NCBI GenBank assembly: GCA_001508335.1
Contig: LGFX01000003.1
Span: 75,500 to 139,499 of the forward strand
Source of the DNA: a candidate division TA06 bacterium 32_111
GTDB lineage: Bacteria > Hydrothermota > 32-111
Length of the DNA stretch: 64,000 nucleotides
Direction of reading: 5' to 3'
Shown here piece by piece: positions 10,014 to 19,273 of the stretch. Position 1 is the first letter of the stretch. Each line of letters opens with the position of its first letter. Below the pieces are notes generated by a model. That model saw nothing but the letters and a program-made list of their open reading frames with translations, had not been told where the DNA came from and made no database searches. The translations under genes and the position numbers were made by a program.

Positions 10014-10609
10014 GAAAAAAAGATTATGAGGAAGCGCTAAATATTTTAAAAGAAGGTAGACTGCTTGCATTTTCAACAGATACGATAAATGGAATCGCAA
10101 CATCTTTCGATAACATAAAAGGTATAGAAAAAATTTTCCATTTAAAAAAAAGGGACTTTAAGAAACCTTTTGCTCTTTTCTTCTCAGAAAATATTGAAAT
10201 CGAAAATTTTTTTTATACGTCAAAACTTTTCTGGAAGATCAAAGAAAAATTTTTACCCGGTCAATTAACAATAGTTTTAAAGGCAAAAAAAATTATACCT
10301 TCAGTACTTGTAAAGGATGGCTTTGCATCTCTGAGAATTCCAGATGAAAAAAAAATTTTAAAACTTATAGATCTTTTTAAAAAACCTCTTGCATGCACAA
10401 GTTTAAACATATCTGGAAAAGATCTTATTACAGAAAAAGATGAGTTTGAAAAATATTTCAAAGGAGTCCATCTTTTTGGAGAGTTGAAAAAGAAAAAAAA
10501 ACCTTCTACCGTAATAAAGATAGATAAAAAAAATGTTGAAATACTTAGAGAAGGCGGGATAGAAAAGGAAAAAATTTTAAAATTTATAAACAAGGAGAGT
10601 TTATGTTAA
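10010..10609 (+). CDS. tsaC: L-threonylcarbamoyladenylate synthase (YrdC/TsaC type)
   Basis: TDTINGI, KKR..KKP, PGQLTIVL, TSLNISG, PSTVI, LREG. Confidence 0.85.
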   Translation: MRKKDYEEALNILKEGRLLAFSTDTINGIATSFDNIKGIEKIFHLKKRDFKKPFALFFSENIEIENFFYTSKLFWKIKEKFLPGQLTIVLKAKKIIPSVLVKDGFASLRIPDEKKILKLIDLFKKPLACTSLNISGKDLITEKDEFEKYFKGVHLFGELKKKKKPSTVIKIDKKNVEILREGGIEKEKILKFINKESLC

Positions 10610-11943
10610 AAAAAGAAAAACTACTCGACTTTGCCTCTACAATAGTAAAGATGTCTGATGCAGACATGACAACAGTTTCTATAGTTGGAAACAAGGAATC
10701 TTTAACAAGATTTTCCAACAACGAGATAACACAGAATGTTGATTCAACAAAATACTCTTTCACTATAAGAACCGTTTATGATGGAAAGGTTGGTATAGTA
10801 TCTGGAACCTCATTAGACACAAAAAATATAAAAAAATTCCTTGAAAAGGCTAAAGAGATTTCAAAAAACCAGACACACAAAAAAGAGATTCTGCCTTTAC
10901 CATCAAAGACAGATTACACTTTTACAAAATCTTTCGATAAAAAAACTGAAACATTGTCACCTGACCAGAGAGCAAAATATGTAAAAGATGCTGTAAAAAT
11001 ATGTGCTAAAGAAAAAATGAATGGTGCAGGGATTTTTTCCAACGGTGCAAACTCCTTTGTGATAGTTAATTCAAATGGACTTGAAGCACATTTTGAAAAT
11101 TCCAATGTAACTTTTTCAATAACGGCACAGGCAAAAAATTCCTCTGGATGGGCTGAACAGAATGAGTTGAGTGTTAAAAATATTGATGTTATAAAAAATA
11201 CGAAGATTGCTGTTGAAAAGGCAAAAAAATCTAAAAATCCAAAAGATGTAAAACCTGGAAAGTATACGGTTATACTTGAACCTGCAGCTGTTGCGGATCT
11301 TATCTCTTTCCTTTCCTATACAACCTTCAATGGGCTTATGATTGCAGAAGGAAGAAGTTTTCTTTCTGGCAAAATTGGACAAAAGGTTGTATCTGAAATG
11401 GTAACCCTTTACGATGACCCATACTTTGAAGGTGTTGGTGGAATACCTTTCGATTTTGAAGGTTTTCCAAGAAAAAGATTAACACTTTTTGAAGATGGAG
11501 TTTTCAAAGAGGTGCCAACCGATAGAAAAGTTGCAAAAATGTTGAAACTCGATAACAATGGACATTCCCTTGGTGCCGATGACGAATATGGACCACTTCC
11601 TTTAAACTTATATTTAAAAGAGGGAAGTTCAAATCTGGAAGAGATGATAAAAACAACAAAAAGTGGAATCCTCGTTACCCAATTCCATTATGTTAACATG
11701 TTGAATCCAATGACAACAACGATAACAGGTATGACAAGAAATGGAATATTTTTGGTTAAAGACGGAAAGATCAAAGATGGACTAAAAAATATGAGATTCA
11801 CACAATCTATTATGGAATCTTTATCAAATGTTTTGATGGTTGGAGATAGATGTATAGTTCAAAGTGGTGGTTTCGGTGGTGGATTTGCGGTTCCAGCTTT
11901 AAAGATAAAAGATTTCACTTTCACAAGTAAAACAGAATTTTAA
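10603..11943 (+). CDS. TldE/PmbA family protein
   Basis: LTRFSNNEITQN, PGKYTVILEPAAV, PFDFEG; no HExxxH; adjacent to tldD. Confidence 0.9.
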   Translation: MLKKEKLLDFASTIVKMSDADMTTVSIVGNKESLTRFSNNEITQNVDSTKYSFTIRTVYDGKVGIVSGTSLDTKNIKKFLEKAKEISKNQTHKKEILPLPSKTDYTFTKSFDKKTETLSPDQRAKYVKDAVKICAKEKMNGAGIFSNGANSFVIVNSNGLEAHFENSNVTFSITAQAKNSSGWAEQNELSVKNIDVIKNTKIAVEKAKKSKNPKDVKPGKYTVILEPAAVADLISFLSYTTFNGLMIAEGRSFLSGKIGQKVVSEMVTLYDDPYFEGVGGIPFDFEGFPRKRLTLFEDGVFKEVPTDRKVAKMLKLDNNGHSLGADDEYGPLPLNLYLKEGSSNLEEMIKTTKSGILVTQFHYVNMLNPMTTTITGMTRNGIFLVKDGKIKDGLKNMRFTQSIMESLSNVLMVGDRCIVQSGGFGGGFAVPALKIKDFTFTSKTEF

Positions 11944-11954
11944 TAGGAGGAAAA

Positions 11955-13400
11955 ATGTTTAAATTGGGAAAACTTGCAATCGAAGTTGCAAAACATTATG
12001 GTGCCGATTATGCTGATATTAGAATTATAGATACAAAGAATGAAGAAATAGTTGTAAAGAATGGAAAACTCAATGTGGATTATTCAAACACTTTAGGTTT
12101 TGGAATAAGGGTTTTATACAAAGGCTCATGGGGATTCTCATCAAGTGATAACCTCACAACATCAGAAATAAAGAAGGTAGCAAAAGAGGCATGTTTCATA
12201 GCAAAAGCGAGCAGTTCTTTACAGAGAGAAAAGGTCAGGTTAGCGAAAGAGGATACTTACAAGGATCACTGGTTTACTCCCGTTCTAAAAAATCCATTCA
12301 GAATACCACTTGAAAGAAAGGCTGATCTACTATTCAAAATAGATGAGATACTAAGGAAAAAGAGTGAGATAAAGGTTGCATACTCTGAAATGTCTTTTCA
12401 AAACATTAGAAAATGGTTTATAAGTAGTGAGGGAAGCGAAATAGTTCAGGATCTTTTAAGAAGTGGAGCTGGATATTCTGCTACAGCCTTAGGCAACAAC
12501 GATATGCAGGTAAGATCCTATCCTGCATCTTTTGGTGGACAATATTACTCTGGTGGTTATGAGATAATAGAGCAGATGGAACTACTTCAGAACGCTGAAA
12601 GAATAAGAGATGAAGCCATAGCACTTTTGAAAGCACCACAATGTCCAAATTCTGTTAAAGATATCATAATAGGTGGAGCACAGATGGTTTTACAGATACA
12701 TGAATCTGTCGGTCACGCAACTGAACTTGATAGGGTTTTAGGATATGAAGAAAATTATGCTGGAAGTTCTTTCGCAACACTTGAAAAATACAAAAAATTC
12801 AGATATGGATCAAAAATCGTAAACCTCTTCGCTGATGCTACCATACCTATGGGACTTGCAACACAAGGGTATGATGATGATGGAGTTAGAAGCCAGAGGT
12901 GGGATATTGTTAAAGAGGGAATACTTGTTGGTTATATGACAAATAGGGAACTCGCTCACAAGATAGGAGATAGAAGATCAAAGGGATGTAACAGATCTCA
13001 AGGATTCTATTCCATTCCAATAATAAGAATATCCAACCTTTCCCTTGCTCCAGGAGAATGGGAACTTGAGGATCTTATAAGAGATACTAAAGATGGAATA
13101 TATATGGATGTGAACAAATCATGGTCAATAGACCAAAGAAGATTGAACTTTCAGTTCGGCTGTGAAATAGGGTATGAGATTAAGAACGGAAGACTTGGAA
13201 GAATGCTTAAAAACTGTTCATATCAGGATATTACTCCAGTTTTCTGGAACAAATGTGATGCGATATGTAACGAAAACTATTGGGATCTCTGGGGAGTTAT
13301 TAACTGTGGAAAGGGACAACCAGGACAAAGAGCTGAGATGTCACATGGAGCTGCCCCAACAAGATTTAGAAAAGTTAGAGTTGGAATAGGAAACAAATAA
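11955..13400 (+). CDS. tldD: TldD family metalloprotease
   Basis: HESVGHATELD, YDDDG, CGKGQP. Confidence 0.93.
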   Translation: MFKLGKLAIEVAKHYGADYADIRIIDTKNEEIVVKNGKLNVDYSNTLGFGIRVLYKGSWGFSSSDNLTTSEIKKVAKEACFIAKASSSLQREKVRLAKEDTYKDHWFTPVLKNPFRIPLERKADLLFKIDEILRKKSEIKVAYSEMSFQNIRKWFISSEGSEIVQDLLRSGAGYSATALGNNDMQVRSYPASFGGQYYSGGYEIIEQMELLQNAERIRDEAIALLKAPQCPNSVKDIIIGGAQMVLQIHESVGHATELDRVLGYEENYAGSSFATLEKYKKFRYGSKIVNLFADATIPMGLATQGYDDDGVRSQRWDIVKEGILVGYMTNRELAHKIGDRRSKGCNRSQGFYSIPIIRISNLSLAPGEWELEDLIRDTKDGIYMDVNKSWSIDQRRLNFQFGCEIGYEIKNGRLGRMLKNCSYQDITPVFWNKCDAICNENYWDLWGVINCGKGQPGQRAEMSHGAAPTRFRKVRVGIGNK

Positions 13401-13425
13401 AGAAGGGGGGCTCCTCCTTTCTTTA
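13398..13425 (+). terminator. Probable terminator hairpin after tldD
   Basis: TAAAGAAGGGGG-GCTC-CTCCTTTCTTTA stem with G-U pairs. Confidence 0.5.
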
Positions 13426-13520
13426 AAAATATCTTGACTTTAAAAAGTTATAGTTCATAATTTAATTTATGAGATTGAAGTTTAATTTCTTCAAATAAAA
13501 TCTTTCAAAAAGGAGGAAAG

Positions 13521-15140
13521 ATGAAAATTAAAACCCTATTTGTTCTTTTTTTGACTTTTCTTTTGGCGGTTGGAATCAACGCCCAATTCTCATCATTTAG
13601 AACCTTGTCAACAGGTGGTGTTATAGATGATGAGATAGAAGCTATTCTTGGACTAACAGAGATGACAAACATTGATGGTTTCAACATCTATACGAACCTT
13701 TCAAATTTCACCATTAATGAACCTATCATTGGAGGTTTTTCAAACAACTTCCTTATCGGATTAAAAGGATCGATGATGGAGATGCTTCATCTTGGAATAC
13801 TTTCAGCATCAACAAAAAACTTATACGAAGATTCAGTAAACAGTGAAGAAAGAGAGTTCATCGATACGAACGCAGATCAGATATACGATTATATGAGTAA
13901 AGTAACTTTAACACAAACAGATAACTCTCTTGATGAATCAGGCACTAACTATTTTGGTTTCCTTTTCGGAAATAAGGAAGGTTTCAAAGGTGGAGTTTCC
14001 TACACAAAATATTTTGCAAACTCGATCAACGAGATGAACCTCATAGAAGAGAGTGTTGACTCAAACATAATTTCAAACGACTTACTCTTAACTTCATATG
14101 AGGAGTATAAGGATAAAGGTGAATACAGTTATGGTGCTGATGTAATTAATCTTGCTGGTGGAATGGCTATGGAGAAAATGGAGTTTGTTGGCACTTTTAA
14201 CTTCGGATTTTTGAAGAACAAAATGAATTTAGAGTACAGGGACACCCTTTTTAATGACTTTTCGCCAGCGGACAATGTTAACAACACATTTAGATCTGAT
14301 GATTACTACAAAAACAATTACGATTGGAGTGGATTAAATTTAGGTTTTGGATTAAAAGGTTATTTCAGAATGGATGAGGATTCAATAGAGATTTTTACAG
14401 GTCTACAGAACAACTCTTATAAACCCTTATACTTTTCGGTTGACGAGTATTATACTGAAACAACAGTTTCTCCAGGAGTTTCTGCAGACGAAATTTATAC
14501 CTATATAGATTCTACTTCAGCCGGTGATTCACAAACTGTTGCCCATTTTTCAGAAATCAACTGGGTTATAGGTGGAAAGTATGTTAAAAAACTTGAAAAT
14601 GCATTGTTTGGTATAGGAATTCAATTTGGTCAAGAAAAAAGGTCAGAGATTGATACAATCAATAACTTCTATCTGTATAGAGAGGAGTATGACAACGGAG
14701 ATGGAGTTTCTGATGTAATCGATTATACCTATACTGAAACAGGAACGTATGTTGGGGAATACATTAACAATTATCTCGTTACATCTTTAACAATTCCAGT
14801 CGGTTTAGAGTATAATTTCCTTAAAAACCTTTTTGGAAGGATAGGAGCAAGAACAACTTTTGAATGGGGAAATGGTTTTCAGAGTATGAAATACCTTTCT
14901 TACTCACCTGTTATTGGAGAATACAACTATGGGGATGGTTCATCATATCAGGTAATATTAGAAAATCCAACAACAAGACAAGATTATGATATAACAATGA
15001 AGAGCAATTACCTGGAAACAACATATTACTATGGTCTTGGATGGACAATATCCAAAAATGTTAAATTGGACTTTATGGGATTTTCTAACCTTGTTGATCT
15101 TTCAACCTGGTCACTCTCCGTTAATGTCAAGTTTTATTGA
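13521..15140 (+). CDS. Uncharacterised exported protein, probable outer-membrane beta-barrel
   Basis: Signal peptide, AAGGAGG RBS, alternating beta-strand patterns (IPVGLEYNF, YYYGLGWTI), C-terminal WSLSVNVKFY. Confidence 0.7.
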   Translation: MKIKTLFVLFLTFLLAVGINAQFSSFRTLSTGGVIDDEIEAILGLTEMTNIDGFNIYTNLSNFTINEPIIGGFSNNFLIGLKGSMMEMLHLGILSASTKNLYEDSVNSEEREFIDTNADQIYDYMSKVTLTQTDNSLDESGTNYFGFLFGNKEGFKGGVSYTKYFANSINEMNLIEESVDSNIISNDLLLTSYEEYKDKGEYSYGADVINLAGGMAMEKMEFVGTFNFGFLKNKMNLEYRDTLFNDFSPADNVNNTFRSDDYYKNNYDWSGLNLGFGLKGYFRMDEDSIEIFTGLQNNSYKPLYFSVDEYYTETTVSPGVSADEIYTYIDSTSAGDSQTVAHFSEINWVIGGKYVKKLENALFGIGIQFGQEKRSEIDTINNFYLYREEYDNGDGVSDVIDYTYTETGTYVGEYINNYLVTSLTIPVGLEYNFLKNLFGRIGARTTFEWGNGFQSMKYLSYSPVIGEYNYGDGSSYQVILENPTTRQDYDITMKSNYLETTYYYGLGWTISKNVKLDFMGFSNLVDLSTWSLSVNVKFY

Positions 15141-15151
15141 TAGGAGGAAAA

Positions 15152-16444
15152 ATGAAAAAGTTTATACCTATACTCATATTTATTCTTATTTTAGCTGGAT
15201 GTACTTTTAAACCTTATGAAAGTACAGATATAAAAAATGACCTTGAACTTTCAACATCAGGTGAAAATATTTTAAAAATAACAGATGTTGTTCCCTCAAA
15301 TTATGGAACAATAAATGATGTTGATCCATCAACAGGAGATGTAGAGGGTGTTATATACATTTATTTCAACGATTACCTTCTAAACTCAACAGTAACGACA
15401 ACAAATTTTGTTCTTTCTGCAAACGGTTCATCTGGTGATGTTTCAAACCTAAATGTAGTTTATGAGCCTGATTTCAAAAGGGTTAAAATAACAGCAACTT
15501 TTGCAGACAATGCAACATATACCCTTGCAATTAAAAATGGTGTTAAATCTACTTCAAACAGTTTTCTTGATGGAAATGGAAACAACATAGATGATGGAAC
15601 ACCTTACGATAACGTTCTTTACCAATTCAGTACAGGAACAGGATCAGATTTTGTTGACTATGATAACCCAATAGTTCTTGGAGTTTTCCCAGAAGAAGGT
15701 AATATCTCTATAAATACACATTTTTATGTTGACCTCTCTGAACTTGCAGAATCATCCAAAGTTGTTAATTCAACAAAACTCTATAAAATCAACGATGATG
15801 GCTCAAAAACTGAACTTGACATAGAACTTGTTGGATACTCTTATATATGGTGGTTGGGAGTTTGGGAAGCTGAATTTCAGCCAAAGAACGGAGATCCACT
15901 TGCTGAAAGAAGATTTTATCAGATAGAAGTAACATGCTCAACAATAACAGATTCTGCTGGAAACAAAGCTTTGCCTTACTTTGATGATGTGTTCAAACCA
16001 TCAATTAAAAATTACACATCAACATTTTTAACAGAAAGTAACGGTGGTGATGATGATAGACCACCAAAAGTTAACGGAGTTAACATAAGCTATGGTTCAC
16101 CACTTTTGACTATAAGGTTCAACGATAATATGGATATAACAAAACTGACAACAAGTAACATTAAAGTTTTTGCTTACATTAATGGTAACTACACCTATAT
16201 ACCAGGTTCAATCTCAGTTTCACCAGATACAACAGAAGTTGAATATTCTCTCATTAACCTTGATTGGGACAATACTTCTTCTGTTTACCTTTATGTTTCA
16301 AAAGAGGTTACCGACAATTCGGATAAGAAATGGAAACTTGATACTAATGGAAACGATATAGGTGGAGAAAGTTACGATCCAACGAGAGTTTCACTATGGA
16401 GTGATTTTTCAGATAGTGATGATTATTACAGACAAGTCTGGTAA
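15152..16444 (+). CDS. Lipoprotein with about three bacterial Ig-like (Big_5/SbsA-like) domains
   Basis: Lipobox ILAGC, start refined to ATG 15152; repeats IYIYFND..., TIRFNDNMD...; YTLAIKNGVKS, ITDSAGN, VTDNSDK. Confidence 0.75.
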   Translation: MKKFIPILIFILILAGCTFKPYESTDIKNDLELSTSGENILKITDVVPSNYGTINDVDPSTGDVEGVIYIYFNDYLLNSTVTTTNFVLSANGSSGDVSNLNVVYEPDFKRVKITATFADNATYTLAIKNGVKSTSNSFLDGNGNNIDDGTPYDNVLYQFSTGTGSDFVDYDNPIVLGVFPEEGNISINTHFYVDLSELAESSKVVNSTKLYKINDDGSKTELDIELVGYSYIWWLGVWEAEFQPKNGDPLAERRFYQIEVTCSTITDSAGNKALPYFDDVFKPSIKNYTSTFLTESNGGDDDRPPKVNGVNISYGSPLLTIRFNDNMDITKLTTSNIKVFAYINGNYTYIPGSISVSPDTTEVEYSLINLDWDNTSSVYLYVSKEVTDNSDKKWKLDTNGNDIGGESYDPTRVSLWSDFSDSDDYYRQVW

Positions 16445-16456
16445 AAAAATTTTATC

Positions 16457-16494
16457 AATAAAAAAAGGGGCTTTAAAAAGCCCCTTTTTTTATT
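16457..16494. terminator. Bidirectional intrinsic terminator
   Basis: AATAAAAAAAGGGGCTT-TAAA-AAGCCCCTTTTTTTATT between convergent genes. Confidence 0.9.
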
Positions 16495-19249
16495 CTATAA
16501 CAAATATTTTTTTCGTTAAATCAAGGTCAGAAACATTTATAAAGTAGACTCCCTTTTTCAAATTTTCTTTGATAGTTAAAACTCCCTTATCATCTTTAAT
16601 TTTAAAACTTATTCTATCCTGAACTCTTCCAGATACATCGATGAGTTTTAAAGTGTAATCTTTCTTTTCAACGTTTTCATAATAGATATTTATATTTCCC
16701 TTTAAATATTTTATCTCAAACCTTTCAATTGATACAAAATTATCCTTCCCATCTATTCCAGTCTGAACATTGAAAAGGTTCAAAAGATCAGATATCAACC
16801 TCTTTGCTCCTTCAGTTTCCATGTAGTAAATCGGGGCTGACATAATGATCAAAGATGTATCCTTTTTTGAATAAAGAACTGTTTTTCCATCAAAATTCGT
16901 ATCCATTGTTGAAGAGATGTATTGACCAAAAATTTTATTCTCTCCAACAAGTTCAAACACTCCACCATAGATAAGGTTACCGTTGGAACCTCTGGGAAGT
17001 TTTGCTTCAACAAACTTTACACTATCCTGCCTTCCTGAAACATTATAGTAAAGAGCTCTCATATCAGCATTCATGTTAACATTGTATTCAAAAATGTTGA
17101 AAAGTTTGTATGCAAAAGATGTTGTTTCCGGATAAACAGGATATGATGTTGGATTTTCAGTTATAGATTTTCCAATATTCCACCCTGTTACAATCATCCT
17201 TCCACCATTCTCTATATACCTTGAAAGATCATCAAAATCTATTTTGTTGTTTGAAAGATCATCATCAATGTAAAAAACTTTTTTATAGTTTCCAAAAATA
17301 ATATTATTACCCTTAGATATACTATCCATATCTATTCTGTCATACACAAATTTTCCAAATACTGAATCGTAAAAAGCATCCGTAGATTGGTCCTGCAAAC
17401 TTGCACCATTTGAAGTTTCGTCAACAACCAAAAATTCTTTTTCCATCTTCAAAAGTCTTGTGCTATCTATGTTGGAAAATTCACTTTCAAGGTTATTACT
17501 ATCAACAACGGTGAAAGTGTAAAGGTAAATAGATGTGTCGTTTATTGTGGAATCTATAAAGAATGTATCAGTAATATCTGTAAGAAGAGTAAAATCGGTT
17601 TCTCCACTCTTCTTCCTATAAACGTTGTATTTCAAAAAATCGAGCGTTTTACTTTTTTGTATATAGATGTACACTTTGTCTCTATCAGAATATATACTGT
17701 TCAAACTTATACCGTTTGGGATAAAAGATGGTGTTATAGTATCTATTATATCCGCAAAACCTTCAAAGCCCTCACTGTCAACTGGTGTCACTTTAAAATA
17801 ATAAAGATTTTTAGGTATCAGTGATCCAACTCTATATTCGTTCGTATCTGGAACAAAAATAAGATTTTCTAATGTATCACTATCTTTTTTATAATATATT
17901 TTGTACCCAATAACATCTGGACTGAAAGATTTCTGCCATCCAACTATGACAGAGGAATCTCCCTTATCCTTTAAAGAGATTGAACTAACAGTCGCAGGCA
18001 TATTTTTTAAATAGTATAGAGTTGCAGCTCCACCTTTTACAACCTCTTTCATATAATCAAAATTCATATAAGAAATTGAATCTTGTGTTGAATGGTATAC
18101 TGGTGAAAAGGTATACTCTATCGCAAAATTAACCTTAAAACCTTCAACATCGAAGAAATAATGGTCACTACCAGAACTTCCTCCACCTACAACACAGTTT
18201 ACATTGGTAAAACTATCACACATCTGTTTGTAAAGATTTTTCAAAGGATTCGAATGTGACATACCGTAAAGATTCAACCTGTAATCTGAAGATGGATTAT
18301 ATCCTATCATATCGAAGTTTAGCATACCTAAAACGTGCATGTTTTTTGGAAGGATGTAATCGTATACAAAATATTCTGAACCATAAAGACCCCATTCTTC
18401 CGCTGTAAAAAGAACAAAGTATATATCATAATCGGAATTATAAGATGAAAATGTTCTTGAAAGTTCAAGAACAGCAGATGATCCAGAAGCGTTATCGTCT
18501 GCACCAGGAGCTATTTGGTAATCGTTAGAATAATCATCATAATGTGCTCCAACAACTATACATGTATCTTTTGAATAGAGACCTTTTTTTAAACCAACAA
18601 TGTTTCTGACAGGATATGAAGAGACCATAAAATCTTGATAGAAAACACTATCGAGATTCAAATCTGACATCCTGTTGAAAAGGTAAACCGATGCTGTATC
18701 AAGCCAAGTTGTAACCATTACTCTCGATTTACTGTATGTCCCCTGTGGATATGGGTACTCTCCAGATAAAACGGCAACATTATTGTAAAGAGAATCGGAT
18801 GAGATATTTGAAAGAATCAGGGTAAGTTCATCTATTTTTTTACTTTTTTTAATATCAAAAGATGGTATTGTTTGATTTTGAAGTTTTTTTAAATCAATTT
18901 TATTTTTAAAATTTAACTTTATAATCTCAAAATCTTTACCTTTTATGTATATATCTTTATCAGTTTCAACAAGCACAAGATTTTTTTCAAAATTGAAATA
19001 AATATAATCTTCAGGTAAAGTTTTCATTTCTTTACCAAAAAGAACAAAATAATTTTTATCCTTCCTGAACTCTTTTTTGAAAACTACTCCATTTTCACTA
19101 AAACTTTTCTCTGTTTTTCCTATGTAAAGTCCATCGAAAAGATAATATGGATCAAAACCAAAAAAGATCTTCTCACTAACAACTATATAGTCCGAAAAGG
19201 AAAGAAGAAAGAGTGTGACTGAAAGAAAAAGAAATAAGATTTTTTTCAT
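16490..19249 (-). CDS. Secreted M28-family metallopeptidase with FN3 domains and T9SS-like C-terminal domain
   Basis: VGAHYD, PGADDNASG, TAEEWGL, NFDMIG, SDHYFF, YHSTQD; tail LIDVSGRV...LKKGVYFI. Confidence 0.9.
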   Translation of the reverse strand: MKKILFLFLSVTLFLLSFSDYIVVSEKIFFGFDPYYLFDGLYIGKTEKSFSENGVVFKKEFRKDKNYFVLFGKEMKTLPEDYIYFNFEKNLVLVETDKDIYIKGKDFEIIKLNFKNKIDLKKLQNQTIPSFDIKKSKKIDELTLILSNISSDSLYNNVAVLSGEYPYPQGTYSKSRVMVTTWLDTASVYLFNRMSDLNLDSVFYQDFMVSSYPVRNIVGLKKGLYSKDTCIVVGAHYDDYSNDYQIAPGADDNASGSSAVLELSRTFSSYNSDYDIYFVLFTAEEWGLYGSEYFVYDYILPKNMHVLGMLNFDMIGYNPSSDYRLNLYGMSHSNPLKNLYKQMCDSFTNVNCVVGGGSSGSDHYFFDVEGFKVNFAIEYTFSPVYHSTQDSISYMNFDYMKEVVKGGAATLYYLKNMPATVSSISLKDKGDSSVIVGWQKSFSPDVIGYKIYYKKDSDTLENLIFVPDTNEYRVGSLIPKNLYYFKVTPVDSEGFEGFADIIDTITPSFIPNGISLNSIYSDRDKVYIYIQKSKTLDFLKYNVYRKKSGETDFTLLTDITDTFFIDSTINDTSIYLYTFTVVDSNNLESEFSNIDSTRLLKMEKEFLVVDETSNGASLQDQSTDAFYDSVFGKFVYDRIDMDSISKGNNIIFGNYKKVFYIDDDLSNNKIDFDDLSRYIENGGRMIVTGWNIGKSITENPTSYPVYPETTSFAYKLFNIFEYNVNMNADMRALYYNVSGRQDSVKFVEAKLPRGSNGNLIYGGVFELVGENKIFGQYISSTMDTNFDGKTVLYSKKDTSLIIMSAPIYYMETEGAKRLISDLLNLFNVQTGIDGKDNFVSIERFEIKYLKGNINIYYENVEKKDYTLKLIDVSGRVQDRISFKIKDDKGVLTIKENLKKGVYFINVSDLDLTKKIFVIE

Positions 19250-19273
19250 TTTTACCCCTTTTTAAATAAAATT

